From IMG/VR virus record IMGVR_UViG_3300020030_000131, positions 1 to 6,105 of that record: 6,105 bases of DNA. One strand, given 5' to 3'. Below the pieces are notes generated by a model that worked only from the letters and a program-made list of their open reading frames with translations, made no database searches and had not been told where the DNA came from. Positions 1 through 5,380 of the stretch are shown in pieces. The number at the start of each line of letters is the position of its first letter. Within the stretch, counting starts at the first letter, position 1. A program made the translations under genes and the position numbers. The stretch is from a virus.

Positions 1-105
1 TGCCTCCTCCAGCATCGCCGTTATACGCGAAAATTCGTATCTGCTGGCGTTGGTGATTTTCTTGGCTATATGCCTCGTCCTTCTGCTCGTGTTTCGTCGT
101 GGTCT
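1..105. repeat. Terminal redundancy, copy 1. It is identical to 6001..6105, the signature of a circular genome that was linearised or assembled with overlap.
   Basis: Direct comparison shows all 105 nt of 1-105 equal to 6001-6105. The reading frame of the replication gene is continuous across the junction. Confidence 0.95.
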
Positions 106-450
106 TATTTCGATTTTGAGAGGAGGATCAATTATAATTACTCGATTCCTCGATATTACCTTAAATATCTTAAACCGGAGGACGAAGTCGTTCGTTCGAT
201 TACCGCTGCTGATTCTTATTCACATTTTAGCAAGTCTCCTCTGGTTAAGCGTGTTGTGTCTTTGTGTATTGAGCGGTTCAACCTCAATTCCTCCGTATCC
301 TGTAGAGCGTCGTATACGTGGGAGCAAAAGCAAATAATACGTTTTTCTGCCTCCTCTCGGAAGATGCCCGATTTCGACCCTCCTACTTGGTTGGATCTGG
401 ACATTCTTCAGTTTTGGAGAGATCATTATAAACTTCAACTAAACATTTAA
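1..450 (+). CDS. VP4: Replication initiator protein (rolling-circle HUH endonuclease, VP4-like), C-terminal part. It continues from 5380..6000 across the circular junction. The full product is 356 aa.
   Basis: Frame 1 is open from position 1 (CLLQHRRYTRKFVSAGVGDFLGYMPRP...) to the TAA at 448-450. It is the same frame as the ORF leaving the window at 6105. It contains a SIPRYYLKYL segment, which I recall as typical of microvirus Rep C-terminal regions. The ORF-track entry 70..450 is only the internal-Met fragment. Confidence 0.9.
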   Translation, partial: CLLQHRRYTRKFVSAGVGDFLGYMPRPSARVSSWSYFDFERRINYNYSIPRYYLKYLKPEDEVVRSITAADSYSHFSKSPLVKRVVSLCIERFNLNSSVSCRASYTWEQKQIIRFSASSRKMPDFDPPTWLDLDILQFWRDHYKLQLNI

Positions 451-453
451 TTT

Positions 454-2253
454 ATGGGTAAACAACCTTTCATTTCACATTCTGTAAATGGTTACTCTCG
501 CTACGATGTTCCTGAGAGTAAGGCCTTTACGTGTACACCGGGTATTCTGTACCCAGTGCGGATCGATTTTATTAATGCTCGTGACCGTGTGTCTATCGAG
601 CAGGGCATTGATGTTCGCAGCAATCCTCTTGCTGTTCCGACCTTTAACCCTTATACTATTCGACTTCATCGTTTTTGGGTGCCTCTTCAGCTGTATCATC
701 CTGAGTTGAGAACAAACAGCAGCAAGTTTGATATGAACGAGTTGAGTTTGAATTGGATTACCGCTCTTGTTGGTACTTCGGGCACGACCTCCCCTAATTC
801 TGCTCTTGGAACTTCGCGAGCTTACCCCAATTCGCTTATGTCTTGGCTCCGCGTTTCTAATAAGACATCGCTGCAGCTTTCTAACCAACCTCCTTATACC
901 GCCAGTCTTCCCTCCGGTGCTTCGGTTAATCAGTGGGCAAATGCTGATACATATTTAGCTTATTGGGATATCGTTCGCAATTATTATGGTTATTCACAGT
1001 GGGGGTTATATTCGATTGCGTGGCCTGCTTCCTGGTCGATTCTGCCAGATTCTTACTCTTTTGCTGACTCTGCTACGTTTTTTAAGCAAGAATATGCTAA
1101 CCTAGAATTTCTTGATGCTTATTTTGAGAGTCAGTTCTACCCGTCAGCTGTTTCGAGTTCAAATAACACGTTCAATAGGGGTAATTTGTTTTTCCAGATA
1201 ATCAATTCTCAGCTTCCGTCGGGAGGCGATCAAGATGGTTATCCCGTTTCTACTACGCTGCCTAGTGGTGCTCATATTATCTCCGGCAGCGGCCCAGCTG
1301 ATCAGTTTTCTGACGATATCGGTAGTACTTCTGTCACTGGTATTTCGGCTTTCTTGTTTGCGCATCCGATGGCTGTTATACCTTCGAATCCTGATCGTTT
1401 TAGCCGCCTTATTCCCGTGGGCTCTTCTTCTGCTGTTTCTATGTCTGGCGTCAGCACCATCCCGCAGTTGGCTATTGCTTCTCGTCTTCAGGAATACAAG
1501 GATTTGCTCGGCGCTGGTGGTAATCGTTATAGCGATTGGCTGGAGACGTTTTTTGCCTCTAAAATTGAGCACGTCGATAGGCCTAAACTCCTCTTTAGCG
1601 CGTCGCAGACCGTTAACGTGCAGATTGTTATGAATCAAGCCGGGCAAAATAATTTAGCGGTTTCGTCCCCTAACGGCCCTCTCGGTCAACAAGGAGGAGC
1701 AATTGCTTTTAACGATCGTTTGGGTCGTCGGCAGTCTTATTATTTTCGCGAGCCTGGTTACATGATCGATATGCTAAGTATCCGCCCTGTTTATTTTTGG
1801 AGTGGCGTCACGCCGGATTATTTGAATTATCAAGGCTCGGATTATTTCAACCCCATTTATAATGATATTGGTTATCAGGATGTTCCTGCTGCGCGTCTTT
1901 TTAGTAATGCTGCGGGCTCGGACCTTGGTCTCGCAGTCGCTTATGAGCCTTGCTTCAACGAGTTTCGTTCGTCTTATGATGAGGTATTAGGCTCACTGTC
2001 TTCGTATCCCGCTCCTGTAGTAGGCACTCCTAAGGCTCTTTACTCGTATTGGGTGCAGCAGCGTTCTCTCGGTTTCTCGTATGTGGGTTCCGCTTCTGCT
2101 AATTATTACCCTGCACTCTTTGTGGATATGGCGCAAGTCAATTCCCCCTTTTCTTCTAATACAGAGGATAACTTCTTTGTGAATTTGTCTTATGCCGTTC
2201 AGAAGAAGAATCTTATTAATAAAACCTTTGCAACTCGTTTGTCTAATCGTTAA
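454..2253 (+). CDS. VP1: Major capsid protein (Microviridae F/VP1 family), 599 aa
   Basis: This is the largest ORF and starts 3 nt after the Rep stop. The N-terminal pattern (short segment, then GILYPVRIDFINARDRVSIEQGIDVRSNPLAVPTFNPYTIRLHRFWVPLQLY) parallels the conserved microvirus capsid N-terminus (..G.L.P....EVLPGD......R..P...P......FFVP.RL.W). Third codon positions are strongly T-biased. Size is appropriate for VP1. Confidence 0.9.
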   Translation: MGKQPFISHSVNGYSRYDVPESKAFTCTPGILYPVRIDFINARDRVSIEQGIDVRSNPLAVPTFNPYTIRLHRFWVPLQLYHPELRTNSSKFDMNELSLNWITALVGTSGTTSPNSALGTSRAYPNSLMSWLRVSNKTSLQLSNQPPYTASLPSGASVNQWANADTYLAYWDIVRNYYGYSQWGLYSIAWPASWSILPDSYSFADSATFFKQEYANLEFLDAYFESQFYPSAVSSSNNTFNRGNLFFQIINSQLPSGGDQDGYPVSTTLPSGAHIISGSGPADQFSDDIGSTSVTGISAFLFAHPMAVIPSNPDRFSRLIPVGSSSAVSMSGVSTIPQLAIASRLQEYKDLLGAGGNRYSDWLETFFASKIEHVDRPKLLFSASQTVNVQIVMNQAGQNNLAVSSPNGPLGQQGGAIAFNDRLGRRQSYYFREPGYMIDMLSIRPVYFWSGVTPDYLNYQGSDYFNPIYNDIGYQDVPAARLFSNAAGSDLGLAVAYEPCFNEFRSSYDEVLGSLSSYPAPVVGTPKALYSYWVQQRSLGFSYVGSASANYYPALFVDMAQVNSPFSSNTEDNFFVNLSYAVQKKNLINKTFATRLSNR

Positions 2254-2265
2254 TACATTGATTTT

Positions 2266-2562
2266 ATGGCACTTGATTGGCTTCTTGAAGACGCTCCCGC
2301 CTATATTTCTCGCGGTCAGCGTATTCTTTCTGTTCTCAATGGTTCTGGTTCCGTTGACGTTCTTCCTGGTCGTCCGGATGTGGTGGCGGAATCGGCTGAT
2401 TTTGATAAGGGTGAGAGATTCAATCCCGAAATTGATTTCGACCCTAATTCATTCTCTCGTATGGATAAGTTTGACGGCCTCGAGGTTGGACAGGAACTTA
2501 TTGATTCAGAGTTGGATAAGTCGACGCCTACTTCTAAATCTTCCAATTCTGAAGAAAAATAG
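2266..2562 (+). CDS. Hypothetical small acidic protein (98 aa), a possible scaffolding-type protein
   Basis: ATG start 12 nt after the VP1 stop. T-rich third positions match the hallmark genes. By my count there are about 21 Asp/Glu against about 10 Arg/Lys. I recognise no motif. Confidence 0.6.
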   Translation: MALDWLLEDAPAYISRGQRILSVLNGSGSVDVLPGRPDVVAESADFDKGERFNPEIDFDPNSFSRMDKFDGLEVGQELIDSELDKSTPTSKSSNSEEK

Positions 2563-2632
2563 TATATCCTTTACTTGACGATATATGTTACGTGCGCGGA
2601 CCCCTTCTGAAAGAGTCCGTGAATTTCTGAAG
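2547..2632 (+). repeat. Three direct copies of TTCTGAAR within 86 nt (2547-2554 TTCTGAAG, 2605-2612 TTCTGAAA, 2625-2632 TTCTGAAG)
   Basis: Read directly. In my manual scan the only other full TTCTGAA-type match in the window was one reverse-complement copy inside VP2. The last two copies are 20 nt apart. Possible iteron or protein-binding repeat. Confidence 0.45.
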
Positions 2633-2806
2633 GTTATTGGTAACGACTGCAGGAGAGGCCGCGCATTTTTCTATCGTTCTTTATTCAATTGTTTACACCA
2701 TTGTGGCGCGGTGACGCATTTCGCGGTTCGGAGAACCGCCCCGAACGAAGTGAGGGTGCGGCACCGTAGCTTCCCTTTAAATTTTCAATATCATGTCAGA
2801 CGCTAA
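2585..2806 (+). CDS. Doubtful ORF: Arg-rich, very basic 73-aa protein (it would be a J/VP8-like DNA-binding protein if real)
   Basis: ATG-initiated ORF with about 16 Arg in 73 aa. Its T3 codon bias is clearly weaker than in neighbouring genes. It is filled with stable hairpins, contains a terminator-like structure, and overlaps the next ORF by 14 nt. Coding and non-coding readings cannot be separated by eye. Confidence 0.25.
   Translation: MLRARTPSERVREFLKVIGNDCRRGRAFFYRSLFNCLHHCGAVTHFAVRRTAPNEVRVRHRSFPLNFQYHVRR
2593..2670 (+). promoter_or_regulatory. Long imperfect hairpin (about 73 nt) with a GC-rich base, followed immediately by TTTTT. Candidate intrinsic terminator and/or ssDNA structural element.
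   Basis: Seven perfect bp: TGCGCGG 2593-2599 pairs with CCGCGCA 2659-2665. After bulged A2600, 2601-2609 pairs with 2650-2658 (one C.A mismatch, one T.G pair). Then AGTC 2614-2617 pairs with GACT 2645-2648. A T5 run lies at 2666-2670. Confidence 0.5.
2723..2765 (+). promoter_or_regulatory. Cluster of three overlapping, mutually exclusive GC-rich hairpins just upstream of the 63-aa ORF
   Basis: Hairpin A: GCGGTTC 2723-2729 pairs with GAACCGC 2733-2739 (7 bp, loop GGA). Hairpin B: CCGCCCC 2736-2742 pairs with GGG(T)GCGG 2754-2761 (7 bp, one bulge, 11-nt loop). Hairpin C: GGTG 2755-2758 pairs with CACC 2762-2765, part of the 11-nt palindrome GGTGCGGCACC. A/B and B/C share nucleotides. G+C is 46/70 in 2701-2770, against 28/70 in a VP1 sample (461-530). 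Confidence 0.5.
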
Positions 2807-2984
2807 ACAACCTTTCTATAAATCAAAGGCTTTTTGGACGCTTGTTTCATCCATTATCGCCGCGTTGGCTGCTTTTTTTCTCTCTTCGTGTGCTGCACAG
2901 GCAAGAATGCAGCGCAGTGGTGTTCACGTCGACACTGTGCGTGTTGATTATATCATTCGTTCTAATAATTTAACACACTTGTAG
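2793..2984 (+). CDS. Small membrane-targeted protein, putative lipoprotein (63 aa; predicted mature lipopeptide 31 aa)
   Basis: The N-terminus has Lys-containing n-region residues (K5, K10, K12), a hydrophobic core FWTLVSSIIAALAAFF, and then L-S-S-C. That matches the lipobox pattern [LVI][ASTVI][GAS]C, with Cys33 encoded by TGT at 2889-2891. The stop is 1 nt before the VP2 ATG. Third codon positions are moderately T-rich. Confidence 0.6.
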   Translation: MSDAKQPFYKSKAFWTLVSSIIAALAAFFLSSCAAQARMQRSGVHVDTVRVDYIIRSNNLTHL

Positions 2985-2985
2985 T

Positions 2986-4359
2986 ATGCCTGTTCCCGTT
3001 GCTGCTCCCGCTGCCGCATCTTTTGGCCAGGCTCTTGGACAGTCTGCTGCATCTTCCGGCGCTACTGGCCTGATATCTGGTGCACTCGGCCAACTTTTTG
3101 GTGGAATGAACGCTCGTCGCCAATGGCGTTTTCAGCAGAAGCAGATGGCTCTTCAGCAGAAATATGCTTTGGAGCAGATGCAGAGGCAGTCCGAGCTTTC
3201 TTATTCTAATTGGCAAAGGCAGTTTGATTATGAAAATTCATATAATGACCCCTCAAAGGTCTTTGATCGTTATTTGAAGGCTGGCGTAACCCCTGCTGCC
3301 GTTTTAGGCTCTTCGGGTGTTGGAGTGAACGCCACTATGTCCGGCGGTTCTGCGGGCATGCCCTCCGCTTCCGGCCCTTCCGGTGGCGCTCCCGTCAGTC
3401 CTGGTGCTTTTTCCCCTGGTGATCCCGCTGCTATCGCGCAGAATATGGTTGCGCAATCAACGGTAAGCCGTAACGATGCTGCTGCTAATCTTGATAACGC
3501 TCAAGCTCGATCAATTGATGACCAGAATGTTGGTAAACAGATGTACACTCTTATGGCTGAGACTCGTGTAGCCCTAGATCAGGCTGCTGCAAAGCATAAT
3601 TTAGCTGTTTCGGATGTTCTTAAAGTGCAGGAGGCTATTGAGAAAAATGCTCTTTTTATCTCTGATACTACTCTTTTGAGCGCTATTGCCGAGAAGAAGA
3701 GTCAAGCTGCTCTTGTTGATGCACAGGTCCGCCGCTTGAATATCGAGAATGAGCATTTAGGTGCTGTCCTGTCGGCTCAAGCCTTCATGATGAATACTCA
3801 AGGTGCTCTTAATCAAGTTCTTGGCGAGCAGGCTCGCGAAGTCATAGAGTCTTTGCATTTAAATAATCTCGATACTGCTAATGAGATCGCGCGTAATTGG
3901 GAAAAGCGTTTCGACGTTGAAATTCCGAATCCTCAGTATTCAGAAAATCTTAGAAGTAAAAACCCCATCACTCGCGGGAACCCTGGCCCTAAGACTTTCA
4001 AGATTTCGATGTCGCTTAAAGACTTTTACGATAAAACTATTATAAACGAAGCAAACGCATCTGATTTTCTCCCTGAGCAGGCTCGCATTGCACTTCGTAA
4101 TGCAAAGGTTGATCCGTATGTCGAGATTTCGAAGGCCCTTATAGGTGTCGCTGGTAGTCTTGTTGGTGCTGGCATTATACGAGGTGGAATGTCGCGCGCG
4201 GCCGGCACGATTTCCGCCGGCGGCTCTTCTAGTAGTTCTGCAGGCTCTTCGTTGACGACTCGTTATGATTCGAACGGAAATGTTGTTGGTTATGCTAAAA
4301 CTGAGATGAATCGTAGCGGTCATTCGAGTTCGTACAATAATTCTCGTCATTCACGTTGA
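2986..4359 (+). CDS. VP2: DNA pilot / minor capsid protein (Microviridae H/VP2-like), 457 aa
   Basis: Second-largest ORF, downstream of the capsid gene. It has an Ala/Gly-rich hydrophobic N-terminus and a Gln/Arg-rich helical segment (RRQWRFQQKQMALQQKYALEQMQRQSE). The segment NSYNDPSKVFDRYLKAGVTPAAVLG resembles the conserved ..AG(L/V)NP..-type motif I recall in microvirus pilot proteins. A long heptad-like Ala/Gln/Leu-rich centre is followed by a Gly-rich hydrophobic stretch and a Ser-rich tail. Confidence 0.8.
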   Translation: MPVPVAAPAAASFGQALGQSAASSGATGLISGALGQLFGGMNARRQWRFQQKQMALQQKYALEQMQRQSELSYSNWQRQFDYENSYNDPSKVFDRYLKAGVTPAAVLGSSGVGVNATMSGGSAGMPSASGPSGGAPVSPGAFSPGDPAAIAQNMVAQSTVSRNDAAANLDNAQARSIDDQNVGKQMYTLMAETRVALDQAAAKHNLAVSDVLKVQEAIEKNALFISDTTLLSAIAEKKSQAALVDAQVRRLNIENEHLGAVLSAQAFMMNTQGALNQVLGEQAREVIESLHLNNLDTANEIARNWEKRFDVEIPNPQYSENLRSKNPITRGNPGPKTFKISMSLKDFYDKTIINEANASDFLPEQARIALRNAKVDPYVEISKALIGVAGSLVGAGIIRGGMSRAAGTISAGGSSSSSAGSSLTTRYDSNGNVVGYAKTEMNRSGHSSSYNNSRHSR

Positions 4360-4364
4360 TTTTT

Positions 4365-4395
4365 TTTGGAGCTTCATTTTTTATTGTTATATTTG
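4365..4395 (+). promoter_or_regulatory. Bacteroides/Bacteroidota-type promoter: -33 TTTG (4365-4368), 19-nt spacer, -7 TATATTTG (4388-4395, matching TAnnTTTG)
   Basis: Exact match to both published consensus elements for Bacteroides primary-sigma promoters, with spacing in the reported 19-21 nt range. It lies in the 63-nt VP2-to-next-ORF intergenic region, about 28 nt upstream of the ATG at 4423. It is the only intergenic exact TAnnTTTG I found in the window. Confidence 0.6.
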
Positions 4396-4422
4396 CATTG
4401 TCAAACCAATAATCTTATTATT

Positions 4423-4728
4423 ATGAAAAAGCTTCAACAACCTGTAATCGACAAACTGTTACTCGATGTTATAGAGTACGCGTTCGTAGAGTGGCTTGTC
4501 CGTCGAGGAATATTTACTGCCTTTAGGGCGAACTATTGCCGCGTTCCTTCAACTCGAAAAACCTTTCGAGATTGCTTGCGTGATCACATCCGACGTGTTT
4601 ATCGTTCATCTAGCCTTGGCCCCGAGTCTCTCGTCTCCTCTGCTTTTTTATTTATTTCAACTCCTGAGGGTTGCGAATTCTGGACCAAGCACTCCGACGC
4701 TTGGAGGAGTTTTTACAATAAACTTTAA
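4423..4728 (+). CDS. Hypothetical protein (101 aa from ATG 4423; the track's 4366 start is a TTG upstream of the predicted transcription start)
   Basis: ATG is preceded by the AT-rich context ATTATTATGA, shared with the next gene. The C-terminal segment SSAFLFISTPEGCEFWTKHSDAWRSFY resembles an aF.W..TpEG..fW.....W motif that I recall from small phage or bacterial hypothetical proteins but cannot assign to a named family. Confidence 0.6.
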   Translation: MKKLQQPVIDKLLLDVIEYAFVEWLVRRGIFTAFRANYCRVPSTRKTFRDCLRDHIRRVYRSSSLGPESLVSSAFLFISTPEGCEFWTKHSDAWRSFYNKL

Positions 4729-4751
4729 ATGAAACGTTAAATTATATTATT

Positions 4752-5075
4752 ATGACACAGGTTCATATTGTTATTCGCCGCATCAATCCGGCTTTTAAGA
4801 TTGATTTAGTACAGGTAGGCTATATTAAAGATGGGCATTTCGAAATGCTTCATCTTAGTGATCTTGCTCATACGCCTATTTCTGACTATATAGAGCACTC
4901 TAGTATTGCTGCCTCGCCTTATATTGATCATTGTCATATTCCTAGTCTTGCAGCGGCTCTGGTTACCTGCCCTGATTTCTCGATCGATTTTTTCGATAAT
5001 ACGCTCGTTTTTATGTTTAGTACTAATCTGACTCACGATGAAATCACGTCGAAAGAAAAAGGGGAAGGGGACTAA
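4752..5075 (+). CDS. Hypothetical protein (107 aa), His- and Asp-rich, with no recognisable motif
   Basis: ATG in the same ATTATTATGA context. It is the only long ORF in this interval on the coding strand. It ends 45 nt before the strong terminator. Confidence 0.55.
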   Translation: MTQVHIVIRRINPAFKIDLVQVGYIKDGHFEMLHLSDLAHTPISDYIEHSSIAASPYIDHCHIPSLAAALVTCPDFSIDFFDNTLVFMFSTNLTHDEITSKEKGEGD

Positions 5076-5119
5076 AGTAGTCACCCGCCCGCTCGGTGGA
5101 AGAGTCCTCTGACTCGTTG

Positions 5120-5154
5120 GGCCTGCGGGGGAAATCTCTTGCAGGCCTTTTTTT
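5120..5154 (+). terminator. Rho-independent (intrinsic) terminator
   Basis: GGCCTGC 5120-5126 pairs with GCAGGCC 5141-5147. In RNA the stem can extend inward with G-C and G.U pairs (5127-5131 with 5136-5140, loop AAAT). It is followed directly by T7 at 5148-5154. A smaller hairpin, GAGTC 5102-5106 with GACTC 5111-5115, sits immediately upstream. Confidence 0.8.
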
Positions 5155-5179
5155 AAGTGTAGAGTAATGTTTTTAAATT

Positions 5180-5380
5180 ATGGATAATTTCGATTTCAGG
5201 CCTAGATTTTCCCCTACTATCAATGGCATTTCTCATCGCTATTCTATTGGCGCATACCGAGGTCGGAACCGAGTTGTTATCGCTTGGTTTGCCGACGAGA
5301 TCCCTGCGAATGACTATCTTGCTCGTTGTCTTCGTACTAATCCTTATATTAAGTTCGATTGCCTTAAAAGCCTTTTTTAA
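5180..5380 (+). CDS. Hypothetical small protein (66 aa) joined to the replication gene by a stop/start overlap
   Basis: ATG start and T-rich third positions. Its TAA stop (5378-5380) shares the A at 5380 with the Rep ATG (5380-5382), forming TAATG. It is the first ORF after the terminator. Confidence 0.5.
   Translation: MDNFDFRPRFSPTINGISHRYSIGAYRGRNRVVIAWFADEIPANDYLARCLRTNPYIKFDCLKSLF

Noticed and set aside
1-105. The 105-nt terminal direct repeat read as a biological LTR, DTR or attachment-site duplication
   Set aside because: The repeat lies in the middle of the Rep coding sequence and the ORF reads through the junction in frame. A circular genome cut at an arbitrary point with assembly overlap explains it fully.
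2466-2473. A second exact TAnnTTTG (-7 box) match, TAAGTTTG
   Set aside because: It lies inside the acidic ORF and has no TTTG at the 19-21 nt upstream spacing, so it is probably a chance match.
2575-2580. A sigma70-like -35 hexamer, TTGACG
   Set aside because: No TATAAT-like -10 lies 16-18 nt downstream (the sequence there is GGACCC). Other signals point to a Bacteroidota host, which uses different promoters.
2590-2602. A dif-like XerC arm (cGTGCGCGGAc compared with E. coli GGTGCGCATAA), suggesting XerCD-mediated integration through a folded ssDNA hairpin as in CTXphi
   Set aside because: Only about 7 of 11 positions match. There is no recognisable central region or XerD arm, and I do not know the dif consensus of the likely host. 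It is worth a computational comparison with Bacteroidota dif sites, but the sequence alone does not support it.
2605-2633. Hammerhead-ribozyme-like CUGA boxes (CTGAAAGA, CTGAAGG)
   Set aside because: Neither matches the CUGANGA core; the sixth or seventh position is wrong. No appropriately placed GAAA plus three-helix junction is present.
2723-2739. A tRNA-like T-arm look-alike (GCGGTTCGGAGAACCGC contains GGTTCG)
   Set aside because: The loop is 3 nt, not the 7-nt T-loop. No acceptor stem complement (GCTTCCC-type pairing), D-arm or anticodon arm can be built on either strand around it.
3979-3990. An NPGP tetrapeptide in VP2, resembling the 2A ribosome-skipping motif
   Set aside because: It lacks the preceding D(V/I)ExNPGP context, and 2A skipping is a eukaryotic-ribosome phenomenon. 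It is a coincidental match in a bacterial virus.
4366-4422. The TTG start at 4366 given by the ORF track, which would add 19 residues (MELHFLLLYLHCQTNNLII)
   Set aside because: It overlaps the -33/-7 promoter elements and would lie upstream of the predicted transcription start. The ATG at 4423 has the same ATTATTATGA context as the next gene.
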